NCBI RefSeq assembly: GCF_024521635.1
Contig: NW_026250404.1
Location: forward strand, 682,001-746,000
DNA length: 64,000 nucleotides
Reading direction: 5' to 3'
Source: Tricharina praecox
Taxonomy: Eukaryota
The position numbers were made by a program, and so were the translations under genes. The notes below the pieces were generated by a model. The model did no database searches. It was not told the DNA's origin and saw only the letters and a program-made list of their open reading frames with translations. Below are positions 12,799 through 27,042 of this stretch, one piece after another. The first letter of the stretch is position 1. Each line of letters opens with the position of its first letter.

Positions 12799-13881
12799 GA
12801 GAGATGGGTTATCCACGGATGGCTTCTGTACGTTACATATGATTGAGGGGTGCCCTACAACTGCCTTTATTTCGGTGGAATAAGTTGTTTTCACATTGCG
12901 TTACTTTCACGGGCAAAAAAGGCCGCGGAGATCTTGAGCCATCGTTTCTTTCTCCTTTCATTGTTCTGTTCTTCCGGGGATCTCTAATCTCCCACTTACG
13001 TGCGCCATGCCTGTGATTTTCTACCCGTATGTTCGTTTTCTTTGTCTTCTTTGTATTCTTCGTGTTCTAAATTCAATAGTGATTCATACCCAGAAATCCA
13101 TCATGTATGCACGATGGCTACAGTCTTTCACATGTGACCCATTAACTATCGCTCGCCTTCGGACGCACGCGGTGCCATTATCGGCAGCTAACATCTATCC
13201 GACCGTGATTGCTTTCCCGACAACGGGCTTCTACTGCGGACATGCAGAAACCTACGGTATAGGCATCGGCCTGACATGTACAACGCAGTGATACATGTAA
13301 ACACATCATTTCGCCAATGGTTGCACAGACTGATGGGAGAATAAAAGGAAGCAAATATATGATTTGTTCCCGTCGGTCATGTATTATTGCTCTTCTTTCC
13401 ATCGTAGTGAGTGTGAATGTTCTTGATGTTTCTCAACTCGCATCGGCCCTACAACGACTCAGTGGCCCGATAACCCAGTGTACGGACTTGACCCAATCCA
13501 ACAGTGACTAGATCGCCGTGCCAATAGAGCTCGGCGGAGTACAGCTCGGCGGTACAGCCCACAAAGCAATCCAGTTTCCGCAAACTTGCAAGCCTTCCTT
13601 CATCCACTACCTATCCTTTCATCATTTCATCCCTACCTCTTCCTTCCTCATCACTACCCTTCACTTCCTCACCACGGTCCCCATCGCACACCATCACCAA
13701 GTCCTTTCTTTCCTTACCTTACATTCTTTTGTCGACCCCCACCCGTCGGCACTCTCCTTCTCGGAAAGCATAGACGCTCGTCAGATTACTTCCCCGTACC
13801 TCCTGCTACCAGTTGCCCGGTATGTCAAGACATATCCCGGCGCCGGAATATGGGCCGAACCGGAAATCATACAAGACGACC

Positions 13882-15390
13882 ATGACCTCAGCTGGGGATA
13901 TTTACAATTCCATCATGTAAGTTGAGGCCTGCCTTCATCTGTCTGAAAAACGACTTGTCTACCTCCGGGATGATAACTACCGTCTTTTGACCGATTAAGA
14001 TGCTAAAAATCACAGCACGGGCAATAAGTCGGTCGTGGTCAACAACTACAATCTTGGAGCCTCTCAGAATGCGGCGGTAACCATGGGTGCCAGCAATTAC
14101 AGTTACATGCAGCCACCTCAGCCGATGTACGGACAGCAGCAGATGACGTATCCCCAGGCTGCTATTGCGCCTGCTCCTGGCTTTCCCATGATAGCGGGTG
14201 TTGACTGTCAGATGGTCGCCGCCAACCATAATGGGTCTGATGACTCGTTGATTATTCGCGTTCCGCAGCCTCACCCGCAACTATTCTACCCACAGCTGGC
14301 CGCGCCGCATGTCGCCACTCATTACGAGCACCACGCTGAAGGAGAGAGGTCTCACGGCCAGCACCACGATCATCGCAGCCCTGACGAGCCTTGTATGTGT
14401 GGTGAGTCATCCGATATCAATTGTCCTCTGTGGTAGTTTGCTGAACGATCATGGATAGTTGTGAAATACTGCAAGTGCAACAAAGGTCACACTCATGTTC
14501 ACCCTTCGGGGTCGACCCCCACCCACAACTCCTCACCGCCATCTGAGCACATGGCCGGACGTTACGTGTTCAACCAGCCAGTTTGGCCTGCCAATGCCTA
14601 CGCTCCAGGAGTTACTTTCCAGCCCGCTTATAACGCATTTGGAGTTCCACCGGCGCCCATTGCCTACCCCTACCAGCTCCCGCGCATCGAGCAGGCCTTG
14701 GGTTCACCGCCTATCATCCATCATCAGAGTTCGCCGATCCTCCAGCCCACGGCTCCAGTCATTGCTCAACCCTTGGATCAGACGGCAGTTCCGCGGACCT
14801 CTCCGAACGGGAGCCGTCACATTCCGATCAACAACGATGCCTGGAATCAGACCCCGACTCCTATCAAGGAAGCGAGTGATCACCACAATTCAGGTAACAG
14901 TGGATGGAATCAGGTTCCGCCTCCAACCAAGGCAGAGAGCGTTCGTAGCAACAACAATGGTTGGAACCAGGTCCCGTCTCCGACCAAGGGAGAGAGTGCT
15001 CGCCACACTCCAAGCAACAATGGCTGGAACAATACCCCGGCTCCGACTAAGGAAGCGAGTATTCACGTTCACCAGCGGTCGCCCATCAAGGACTCGAACT
15101 CGGGTGGTGGTGGTGGTTGGGGTAGCAATTCGAACTCCCCTGCCACACCACCGAGCGTTCACGGTGGGTGGGGTGCTAGCAGCCCGCCGGAGTCCGTGAA
15201 GAATGCCGGGTCTGAACGTGGCCATGCGTCTTCTTCTTCACGTCACAATCCACAGCCGTCTGCTTCTCAAGATGCCACCAAGTCTTCCAGCAAGGGCAAG
15301 GGCAAGAAGCCGGCGTGGAACGCGGACGGCCCGGAAAAGCCGGAGCCGAGAGCGCAGAAGAAGTCCTGGGATAATCGCAATGACGAATAG
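13882..15390 (+). CDS. Hypothetical Pro/Asn/Gly-rich disordered protein with GW repeats, 3 exons
   Basis: Exons 13882-13916, 14016-14401 and 14459-15390 splice in frame via GTAAGT..CAG and GTGAGT..TAG. Contains CMCVVKYCKC and repeated NNGWNQxPxPTKxxS units. Confidence 0.75.
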
Positions 15391-18300
15391 TACGGCACTG
15401 TTGAACCGGGGCTGAGAGAGAAGGAGAAGAAGAAGAAGCGTGATTGAGTTGGCGATGAGTAAAATTTTGGTGGTGCTGTGGTGGCTTCTCTTCTTCTCTT
15501 CTCTTTTCAACTTCCGCTCTGCAGTTGTCGGTACCTTTCCTTTTTGTCCTTTTTTCTGTTCTTTTCCTTTCTTCTCCCGGGTGCATACTACGCATTCTAA
15601 TTCTTTCCTTTCTTCCTTTTGAAGACTTGATTTCCTTGGTGCGTTTTCTTCATTTGTTTGTTTTCTCTTCCTTTTCTTTGGGTGTTTTGGATGGGATGGG
15701 ATGGACTGGCTGGGTGGACGAGCGAATGATGGGAGGAGGAGGAGCTGAGATGGGGAGCGACATTGTACGAGTGGATGATCTGGTTTCTACGACGGAGTGA
15801 TTTGGCGGCGGATGAGTGGCGGTCATGGCTACTCACTCACTCAGGGTGTTTTACACACACAGAGTCTCAGACTGCAAGGTTTACTCTACTAGTACTTAGA
15901 TCTTGTCATCAAATCTTACAATGTACCTACCTCATACCATAGCATTTGCGATTACTTGGGGGGAGTTTGTATGAGGATCTTGTGATCTTGTGATCTTGTG
16001 ATTTTATATCTAGAGTACCGCAACGGCCGCCAGTGCAGAGCAGTGCAGTGCTCGGAGATCAGAGAGAGCGTCAATGGCGTTTATGGGGAATGCAGTTGGA
16101 AATTTCAATGACATACCCGGTAGGTGGTATCACGCAGACACAGAAAAACTACATACATTCCATGAGCCATTGGAATCCCGCCCGGACATGGCCCTGGAGC
16201 TTGGATAACTCTTCAATGATGGTGATGTACGGTATAAGATACCCCCATACTGAGGTTTACCGTCCCTTCTTTGATATTCCAAGTGCACTGGCACCTTCCC
16301 ACATTTCCGCCTGCACCCATATATCAGCACTCGGCCACAGAGCCTTGACGAGTTAGTTGTACATGAAACACTGGGTTGGCGTTCACTGAATATCCTGAAC
16401 GGCTGGGGGCAGAAGCATGACTGGTATGTACTCAACGTATCTTCACAGCCGTCCGAGCAACGACCGGCTTCCCGCTCCGACCGAACTGATACATCTCGTT
16501 TCGGCTCGGGCAAGGACACCGAGGGATGCGGGATGAAGGTGTGGGATGCACTGCGGGAGGTGGCTCGTCTCGCGCCTCTACGTACAACCCAACACGACAT
16601 AACACTGCAGCCTGCAGTGGCTAAGCGGCTGGAGCGGGAAGGCTGTGCTGGACTTGTTTTGTTTTCGGTGCTATCACTACCTATTCTTGCTGTGTGATTT
16701 ATCGTGACTCTATTAGCATGAGTCTCGGCTGCCGCTGCTGGCGGCGCCGTCGGCAGTAGCAGTGGCAGTGGCAATGGCAGTGGCAGACAGGAGACCATTG
16801 ATTCAATTGTTCCGGGATAGTATGTCACATCCACGAATTTAGGGCTGTGCACACTTTAAACTTTACGCTGCACCCAGCCCTGCTGCAGCCCCAGTTCCCA
16901 GCGCCCAGGCCGCGTTACGGCTCCACGCCCGGTATGGTTCACTTGACTTCACTTCACTTGACTATGGATCGAAGATGCATAGGTTAGTCCGGAGCCGTCT
17001 ACCGGCACGGCCCTTTCCGTTCCCACCGTTCCCACTAACCTCGCCTCCCATCAACCCCCCCCCCCCCCCCCACGGATCCACGACGTGCGCGCGTGGGGGT
17101 CCTCCCACTCCCACTCCCACGTCTAGACTCTGCAGTTGCTCGGTCCAGGTAAACCACACTGTGGTTAGCCACGGATACATCGCGGGGGGGGAGGCGTGGT
17201 GGGAAAGGGCAGATGATTGGTGCCATGACTCTATGACGACGACGAGTCGCATAACATTAATTGCCGTTGATTGCCGTTGAAATATGTACCTATGATTGTC
17301 AGATGCGGCCCATGGCCGGCGTGGGAAGCCGGTATTCGTTCTGGCATCTTCAACGACTCTCCACGACGGAGAGTAGTCCGCTGTTTGCGGCCTGTTTGAG
17401 AATATTGTTGCGGGCGGACCGGATCGAATCGAATCAATCGACTGATAACAGCCAGGGAGCTCGGAGGGCCATGATGCTACGCCAAGGCGTACTCACAAAG
17501 GTCGGTCGAGTAGATGTAGGACCATGATCGCGCACTGGAGTCAGCTTCAAGAAGCACTGCTTAGAGCAAACCACGTCACGGCTGTGATTTTAGAGAACCG
17601 ACGAAATACCACACAAACCGCTCCAGAGTCTAGCGAGTGACCGTGCGTGCAGAATGCCTATCGCGCTCCAGCGACCCCTTCAAGCTCTCACTTCCGGCTA
17701 CCCGAAGCAGGGAGTGAGAAGCCGGGGGGTGGCGGAAAGGACCCCCCACGCCTCGTGGCCCGTCCGAACATCACGACGACCCCCCACGCGGCCACGCCCC
17801 TAATACTCTACCAGTAGGTACTCTACTCCACACCAGGTCCGCAAGTCCGTAGTCCCTCTGCCCTGGCATGATCGACCACCAGGAACGCCCAAATATTAGC
17901 CCCCGAAAACGTCCGTCCGTTATAATTACCTACCTATGTACGGCGGCGGTCACGTCAGCGATCCGTTCGATGATATCTAGGTACATACATATCATACCTA
18001 CATACATAGCCGGCGTGCGGGCGGGCTCGTACCCTGATCCACGCGCAAGCGAATACGAGATTTTTTCTGCCCACGACGTGGTTACCGAAGCAGGCCGTTT
18101 GCAGAGGGCATGGGGGCCAGGCCCTATGCCGGGGTTTTCCGCCGAATAGTGCTGATCGGGGTAGGTGTGTGGGTTAGAGTACTCTGGGTATGTACGGACC
18201 CAGGATGACGAATCCATCAAGCGTGGCGATGCTGCCGAGCGAGCGAGAGACGATGGCGATTGTGAATTTGTGACGGCGGCTGCGGAGCAGGATCTGGCTG

Positions 18301-19006
18301 GACTGGTTTGGAGTAGTTGGAAGGGCCGGTCTCAGGTATCGCCTGTCGCCGAATATCCCGTCCCGGGGATCGCTGGTGCACCTCGGCCGTATTATCCGAA
18401 CCATCGACTGCCACAGCCGGTGAGTGACTGACAGTGATCCAACGCTCTGGCTTTATCGGGTACACGTTCGGGGCATTGGGGGAGAGTGAGCCAAGTGGGG
18501 AAGCGCACTCGGTATACACCTCAATGAGGAGGGGTTCGCTCTTCGGGACGCCTGATCGTCAGGGTCCGGTCGCGCGCGTAAGGACCGGGTGGCACGAGTT
18601 TTTTGGCAACGTGATCAGCGGTACGGTTGAAATGAATAGGCTCCTCCCCAGAGTCCATCGCTTATCGCCCCCTTTCACTCCATATTGCCCAAGTTTCAAC
18701 TCAACCAACAAACTCCACTACCCAGAAAAATCAGCCGATTCATTGCGGTCATCCCCTTCGGTCTGACCCACTCGTGAGAAGTGCCGAGCTATGTATGTTG
18801 CTAGCGGGTGGATGGTTGTTTCGCGCAGGAATTGCTGCTGGCAAATCCCAGCACAGGATGGAGTGTTCCAGTGAAACCGAATCAGATCACCGAATTCCCA
18901 CCCAACCCACAAGGAAACAGACAGAAACAGAAGCGGCTGGTGGATATTACCCCACCAGTTCACAGAACCATGCACACACCCCATTGCAGAAGTAGCCGCC
19001 CCCACA

Positions 19007-19030
19007 CCTCACTACTCTAGAGTAGTGAGG
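19007..19030. repeat. Perfect 24-bp palindrome CCTCACTACTCTAGAGTAGTGAGG
   Basis: Identical to its own reverse complement; built on overlapping TACTCTA/TAGAGTA. Confidence 0.95.
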
Positions 19031-22000
19031 ATAGTCCGTTAGATTTCACAATTCGAAAGCCACATCCACGTCGGCGTCCCCTAGCTGCGAAGCTTTTCTT
19101 CCTCCCTCCCTGACAGCAGCAGCAAGCAAGCAGTAAAGCCGCCACGAACAACCCGGACCACACACCGCAGGGAGGAGGAGCCCTATGCTGCGACGAGATC
19201 CAATACCGTTTGTCCGATTGTGCTTGCTTTCCTCGGGAATTCCAAAGCAAACCGGACAGGTCTTCGATCGTTCCCGATCTCGAGCAGAGAATGGCCTTCC
19301 GGCCATTGACTGGCTAGAGCTAGCTGCCGTTGGAGGTGGGGTGGACGAGTCGCGAAACCCAGCCCTTTCCTTTTCGGTTTGACGGACGGGCAGATGCCAC
19401 GGCAGAAGAATAATAGCATACGAGGATGTGATAGGTAGGCGGCGGCGCCAGTGGCAGATCTGGGCCTCCTGCCTCTCCCTCGAGCAGAAGACCACCGAGA
19501 GCAGGGTCACGAGCTTGCCGGAAATATCTCACGCTCGGCCTAGATTCAGCGCCTACTGCTGCGAACCGGCTGTGGGCTGACAAGTATGTGCCGGATTTCG
19601 AACAGGACGGTCGAATGTTGCGTCGAAGCATTGATAAGGAGCTGCACCCGTGAGATGATGCCGATGCTTCTGCTGCTGCTGCTGCTGGTGATGGTGATGA
19701 GCCAGCCATGCCACAAGAGAAGGGGCGAGTGAGCAGGACCTATAGGCACGTCGGATTTTCCTTCGCCGCTCACTCGCTCTGGATACAATTCTCCGACGCT
19801 GGCTGTAGGAATGTGCGTCGCACACCAAGGGCCAGATACCGCGATGTGGCATACGAACCATAGGCTGCTGCTATCTCCCGAAGTCTCAGCACATTTCGGA
19901 CCTGACCTCGTATCCGGAGCAGGATGGAATGAAGACAGACAGACAGGACCAACATGCACACGAAATGGACGAACCGCAGAAAACAGTTTCCCCGCCGGCG
20001 ATATTCGAGAAACACGCGGCTCGGGAGTGCAGAGAAGCAAGCAACAGCGCTGCGGGTGGATGTGGGGGGGGGGGGGGGGGGGTTGGAACCACAATATCAC
20101 ATCGGGGGCTGGAGATGGCGACCCTCATCGCCGCACATTCTGTTTTCGATCCGATGTGAGGTGGTACCCTTTGTTCATCGTGCCGCGCAATGCAATGCTC
20201 AGGAAGGGCATGGGAAGTGAGGGGAGGGGAGGGGAGGGGGGGCCTTGAGCATGCAAAACCCCCCAGAAAATCGAGGCAAATCCAGAAAACCACATTTGTG
20301 GTTGTGTCGGTGAAGAATCGATCACCCTCGCTCCAAAGACACGTCCACAAAAAGCCACCTGCACACCAACAACAACGGTTTCCTAGCTCAGCCAGCGCCT
20401 GCGGGAAGGAGTTAGAGGGGGAAGATGGCTGGCAAAAAGACCATCGGCAGCAGGGCGCGGAGGGCGTGGAGGGAGGGAGGGTCGTTGCTCTGCCGCGGTC
20501 CAGGATACGGGTTTGCAGCTAGTTACGGCGTGCTCACCGCTCGCTCGCGGGAAAAGAAGCGAGTACTTGGCTCATTCATGAGATGGAGGGGGGGGGGGGG
20601 GGGGGGTACGGGCAATCCTGCTTTGGAGGGGGGGTGCGTCTACCGCTACATACCAGGTGCAATTGAACGTGACGCCATCCACCTTCATGCAGCGACCGCA
20701 GAAGTGGGCCGCGATATCTCTGGCGTCGGGGGAGAGGGAAAACACAGTTGGCGGTGGGGTGGGTGCAGTGTAACGGTGGTGTCGTCTGGGGGGCTTGAAG
20801 CTTGGGTTACGCAAAAAAGAAAGGCCGGCGGCGGCGGAAGGGCGGCATCAACCCCATTGGCAGGGACGTGGATTGACGTCAACGAATCCGCAATGCGAAA
20901 GAGCGGGCCAATGGCGCAGCGGGAACTCTAAAAGTGTAGTTTCATCTCACCGTGTCTCTCTCTCTCCATCTCTCACACCCTCTCTTTCTTTCGTTTCTTC
21001 TTTCTCGCTCTCTCTCGCTCTCTCGCTCCCTCGCTCTTTTGTTGTCTCTCTCTCTCGCTCTCTCACTCCCTCTCGCTCACCAGTTTCACCTGCGAGCCGC
21101 CTTCTCCGCTCGTCCATGCGCGTGCGGGCGGGTTGCAAATAATCATCAACTCCGTTACTCCAGTGACTCTAGTGGGACGCCGCTATGTACTCTGTATACA
21201 TCTTAGCTCCGAGCAGTGGTGGGCACAACAGTTGCGATTAGGGACGTTCTGCAACCCCTCCGCGTACCACAACTACAACTATCACCACAGCAACGGATAG
21301 GGGTCCTACTTAGTGGAGGAAGGTCACCAGGCTAGCTATCGTATTTAATCTGGATCATAATAAACGCGCTGATTGGATGAAAGCGTCAAAGACAGGGTAC
21401 AAACCATGTCACTGTCTCCAACGCTTGTCTCTTGCAGTATTGCTCGATGGGCACGGCCGCGCCATCACTCCATAGTTTGATTTCGCGTTTTGTAGTTGTA
21501 GTTGTAGTTGTAGTTCCAGTTCGCAGTTTGCGGTTGGCAAAACCTCCCACTTTTCACCAGCCAGCTAACCCCATCTGATACCCCCGGATAGTTGTAGTTG
21601 TGGTGCGTGGAGTCTGCAGAACGTCCCTATTGCGGCCCATGCATTTGCAAAAATAGCACAGCCCCCCTCCCCCCTTCCTGCCTTCGTCGGGCTTGGGCAA
21701 TGGGCAGGGTGGCCATGGGAATCTGTGAGAATCCCATCCATGACGTGGAAGACATCGGATTTTCCCGGTCTGCGAACGAGCGAGCCTGTCCTGTCCTGTC
21801 CCTGCGCGGTGAAGCCAGATGGGAGGGAGAGCGCATGGTCATCGCAATGGGGGGAGGTCCCTCTCGCGAGTCGCGGCGGGTGGGTTCACAGCTTTGGGTA
21901 GAACTCTAGAGTACATAGAACTATTGAAGTCGATCTATGTCCCCGTATTGCTTTCCAGTTAGCCCTGATCGATGGACATCCGCCCTTGCCCGTCCCGACG

Positions 22001-22113
22001 GCTGTCTGCTGTCGATCTACATACAGGTAACAGGAGTGAGCACTGAGCAGCGAGCGAACAGCCCGAAAATACGAAGAATAAGGGAAAAAATGAGATCACC
22101 CCAAGAAAAATGG

Positions 22114-22298
22114 AAATAAATAAAAATAAATAAAAATAAATAAAAATAAATAAAAACGACACCGATGCACCTGCGGTTGGCTGGTTGGTTAGCTGGTTAG
22201 CTGGTTGGTTGGTTGGTTGGAGGCTTTCTTTCAATGTGGACCGGCCGACCGGTCAGACCGATTAAGCCCCAGAACGTGTCAATCAGCCGTGCTTGCTT

Positions 22299-22358
<60 letters not shown>

Positions 22359-22390
22359 TGGTTCGCAAGCAGGCAAGCAAGCAGGCAGGC
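22114..22390. repeat. Microsatellite group: (AAATAA)n, (GGTT)n, (CCTG)n followed by inverted (GCAG/GCAA)n
   Basis: Seen directly. Confidence 0.9.
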
Positions 22391-22615
22391 CGCAGGGAGG
22401 CAGCGGGCGTTCGACGTTCGTCGGTGTGGTTCGCATTCACGCCTTTCTGCCCTGCCCGTTCCGTGCCGTTCAGAGATTCTAAATTCCTTCCCTTCCTTCC
22501 CTTCCGCTCCCTTTGGCGGAAGTCGGAAATCGCTCACTCAAAACGCCTGATTTTGCAACACCACGGTCTACATAGAATAGCGGTCTGACTGCATACTTTA
22601 CTCTACTCTAGATGC

Positions 22616-22653
22616 ATACTTGGTAGATACTTGGTAGATACTTGGTAGATACT
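22616..22653. repeat. 11-bp tandem repeat (ATACTTGGTAG) x3
   Basis: Seen directly; flanked by TACTCTA motifs on both sides. Confidence 0.9.
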
Positions 22654-23426
22654 CTATGTAGGGACGGTACTTGTCACCGTCACCGTCAACCCCGCACTGG
22701 GCCTTAACTGTATACATGATAGAGGTAGGTACATACCACCCCTTGGTTATCCGCACCAGGCCTTCAAACGATCTCTACATACCGGTACATACGCGAGCGA
22801 GGAAAAGCCCATTTGGCGGGCGTCCATCTCCACTCCACCATTCCCCGATCCCCCCATCACCCCCCGATCTGATCCTCTTGCGCTTCAGACAAATCCACTC
22901 GCTCGTGGTTACTGCTCAACCCCCCACGCTCCCTAGAGTACCTACCTCGAAAGCGGTCAAGTATGTACCTGGACCACCCCCCCCCCCCCCCCCCCCTTCC
23001 CCGCTTCCCGCCTAGATATCGGCCGGCTTATTCCGCTATTTTACCTACATCTGGATTTCCCCTTCGCCCCTTCGCGCGCTCAGATGCTCGGATATGTACT
23101 GGTGCCAGGTATATCTACTCTAGATACATGTGGATGCTACATGTGAATGATAATTATATCGGGAGCTTGCTCGCTCGTTTACCTACGCCATAATCAGCGG
23201 CTAGATCAGACGCTAGTGAGCGCACTAGAGCAGATTGTCGATTCCAACGCGCGCGCCCCAGCCGCCCGTCAATCCAGTCCAGGCGTCCAGTCCAGGCGTC
23301 AATCCACTCGTCTTCGTGGTGTTGGCCCGAACCCGAACCTGAACCCGAACTCGTTACTTGCCGGCAGCAAGGGGGAGGTCTCATATGTAGGGATTCAGAC
23401 CCGCGTTGTCAATATCAATATTGCTT

Positions 23427-23555
23427 CTGCCTGCTTTGCCTGCCTGCCCGCTTGCTTGCCTGCCTACCTGCTTTCTTGCCTGCCTGCCTGCTTGTCCGCT
23501 TGCCTGCCTGCTTGTCCGCTTGCCTGCCTGCTTGTCCGCTTGCCTGCCTGCCTGC
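23427..23555. repeat. Degenerate (GCCT)n microsatellite with a 20-bp higher-order unit
   Basis: GCCTGCCTGCTTGTCCGCTT repeated about three times within a GCCT tract. Confidence 0.85.
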
Positions 23556-25915
23556 GACTGAGCGAGCGAGCGAGCTGCACGCCCAAACTTAGGCAGATTG
23601 AGCACGTTTAGTACGTTTATAGTAGTACGTACTGTACTAACCACTGTACTAACCACTGTAATCTAGCGTACTATACTAATAGTAGTATATGCTAGACAAA
23701 AGTAAAAAAGACTAGAAAAGAAAAGAAAAGAAAGGCCAGAAAAGCGAAAGAAGAAGAAGAAGGGAACTTGACTTGACTTGACTTGACTTGACTTCTTCTA
23801 GACGGTGCTTCCCGCACAACTTGCAAGTAAGCAAGCAGGAGCACCTCTATTCAGAATTCCTGCAACTCCTGCAACGCGGCCTCGAATTCCTACCTGCACT
23901 GCACTGTGCACCGCGCAGGCAGGGCCGCAGGGAACCCCGGGTTGATAACTTGATAACTTGATACTTGATATGACCGGATATTTTCATGGGGATAATAATA
24001 ACATCATGTAAATGTATGTAGGTGGGTATGTCAGTGGGTAGGTGGGTAGGCAGGTGTGTATGTATGTGTGTGTATGTAGGCAGATATGTGTGTACTCATG
24101 AAGTGCCGGTATGTAGGTACATTGGTAGCCCGCCGTAATTTCCTCCTGTGGGCGTTCGGTTCCGTTCATTGGGGGTGGGGAGGGGCATCATTTTCCGGAG
24201 AGATTTTGTGATAGAGGCTTGCAGTACCGTAGATGTATCCCGTGGGCATGTATGTGTGTATGTATGGAGTATGTATGTAGGTATGAAGTATGTACAGTAT
24301 GATATGAAGTATGTACGTATGTACGTATGTACGTAGGAAGGTATGTATGTGGGCATGTATGTAACATCGGTCATGGGACGATGTGGGATCTATCCATGCT
24401 TGCTTGCTGCTGCTGCTGCTGCTGCTGGATGCTGGATGCTGGATGCATTCCCTCGCGCGGTTCCGAATTCCAAAGCCGCCGCCCCATGTTCGTTTGTACA
24501 TACATCGCACACACACACATCACACATGGAAAACACAGCAGATCACAGCTAAGTGCCGTAGGACGATTCGCAACCTTTAGGGAGGGGAGAGAGGAAGCTG
24601 CGGGAATGACATTCCACAGACGCCGGCTTCCTTCCTTTTCGCTCCTTCGCTCCCTACCTTCCTCCCTCCTGCAGTGCTCTCTGTGAGTCTGCTCTCTGTG
24701 GCATGGCACCCGGGATCCTCATTGCTCGCTGGACGATTACGTACATACGGTGCGTTCGCCCACGGGCGCGGACAGACGGTCGGATGGCCGGTCGGATGGC
24801 CGGTCGGATGGTCGGACGGGCAGACAGGACAGGACAGACAGCAATAAAGGCGGGAAGTCAAGACGGTGGGCCCACGATGGGTTTCGCATACATAGAGTAC
24901 CTACGTACCTTCGTACACTAAGTACCTGCCCCCCTCCCCGAACACCGGCTGCAGCTGTACGGTACTCTGTCAACTAGTGGGGCGGGCCCCAACGCATATC
25001 ACATCTTGCGGCATGCTGCGATTGCTGGCGAAGGGCATCGGTGTTTGCCAGCTGCCTGGCGAACCGACCGAGCATTTTATGTGACGAGATGGATGGATGG
25101 ATACGAGTGGCCGCGGGATCGATACATACATCCTATCTCCGCCGGCTGAAGGTACTCCATCAGCTCGGAACGTTTGCGCGGATACCGCAAAAAAATAAGA
25201 CATACCTAGGTACACATCCTTCCCCCGCCCCCTCCAAACCGTAAGCACCCGCGCGAGCATCCGACATCCAACGACGATCGCCACGGGCTTGATTAATCCA
25301 AGCCTCTAGCTTGCGACTGAGAGAGGTCAAGCCCGCCCGTCCACACTGGCCACTGCGGTTGTATTGAGGTTTCCGACCATAGACCCCTGAGAGAATCTCA
25401 AGTTCGAGTGAGAACCTATTAGATGCCGGCATGGCAAATGCTATCAGCTGGGAAACCATGGACAAAAGCAAAAAGAAAAGAAGAAAAAGGAGAGGATAAA
25501 CAAGTGCACCCACTCTACGCAAGGAAAGTAGGTACGTCGCATTCCGCAGGCTGATGCAGATAAACAGATCCAGAGTGGTGGTGATGGTCATTTGCAGTGG
25601 TGATTGCCCGCGATCATGCGTCGAGATTAGCCCAAGTCATGTACAGTCGTATCATAGTACATCCATGAGATGAAACCCTACTGTTTGCCAATGCACTGCC
25701 TGGCGAACAACGCGAAGGCATCCATCCACGCACGCACGCCCGCAGGCAGCTACGGTATGTTCTGCTCTGCTCTAGCTGCTTGTTGCCAGGCACATCTCCA
25801 ATCGTTACCTACTCCGCTTTAGCGGAGCAGCAGCAGCAGCAGTAGGCAACCTTTTCGTGCGAGGAGACCGCAGTCGAGCGGCAGATCGTTCACTGCCTCC
25901 TCCCGGAGCTCTATG

Positions 25916-25917
<2 letters not shown>

Positions 25918-25960
<43 letters not shown>
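25918..25960. repeat. (CT)n microsatellite
   Basis: About 21 CT units. Confidence 0.95.
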
Positions 25961-25963
<3 letters not shown>

Positions 25964-26955
25964 GTTTTTTTTTCTTCTTCTTTCTTTCGCTCCCGCGATT
26001 TCCATGTATGTACACTTCGATGCGTGTTGGAGAGAGAAGGGGAACGGAACGAACACGGCCTAACGTCTCGCCATGGCGTTTCGGGAGCGGGAACGGGAGC
26101 GGAGGGCAGGCGGGTGAATCAGCTGGTACGGTACGGTATGTCGGATAGGGTTGTTCTGTACGTGGCGACAGCGAGCGACGAGCGACGAGCGAGACAAAGA
26201 CATGTGCGAGCCGCTTTTGCTTTTGGCAGTCAGCCAACCAGCCACTAACCTCCTCTGATAGGTGTTTTTGCGTGGTGCTTTGACCGTGATCCCTGGCAGG
26301 CGTCGCTCGTCCGAAGTTGTTTTTTTGTCGTTGCGGAGCGCCTCTTGTGCTGTGCCCCAGTAGCAGCAGCACCACCACCACCATCACGACCACCACCTCC
26401 ACTTCCACCACCACCACCACCACCATGCTTAGCTCTGGCGCTGTTGGGAAAGAACCACGGGCTCGGCTAAGCCCCATCCGGCGCATAATCTTGAGGGCTG
26501 CAAGATGTTGCAAGGGAAGTTGGCCGGCTGTGTGACCTGCCCCCCCCACCCTGCCCGACCTGTTCAACTGTTCTGCTGGACGGCGGCCACGGAAGAATAG
26601 GCAGGTCGAGAAAACTGACGAAAATAAATAAATAAATCGAAATAAAAAATCAGATCAGAGTACAAAGATCTTCTCGGCCAGGCCCTGGCCGGCCATGGGG
26701 TCGTAGATAGTGGACGCCTAGAGTAAGGGTGCTAGTAGTACCTGCCGTTCTCTAGGCCCATGGATAAAGTCCCCCCCCCCCCCATGCGCTTCTCGCTATA
26801 TCTGCGCGAGGGGAGCTGTCGGGGCAACGGTAGCCAGTGAGCGGCGGTGGTTTGTCGTTGCGCGTAGAGTGCACCAAAGTTAATTATTGGTGGCCATAGT
26901 GGCCTCGAGCGCGCTGGTGGTGGTAGAGCAGTGGTGTTGGTTAGGTGGTGCTGCT

Positions 26956-27042
26956 GGAGGTGGAGGTGGTGGAGGTGGTGGAGGTGGTGGAGGTGGTGGA
27001 GGTGGTGGAGGTGGTGGAGGTGGTGGAGGTGGTGGTGGTGGT
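26956..27042. repeat. (GGAGGTGGT)n 9-bp tandem repeat
   Basis: About 8 units, followed by (GGT)n. Confidence 0.95.

Noticed and set aside
16130..16852. 240-aa minus-strand ORF
   Set aside because: Non-ATG start, partly microsatellite-derived (PLPLPL), no domain.
22205..23656. ORFs with LPAC/QAGR repeats
   Set aside because: Translations of (CCTG)n microsatellites.
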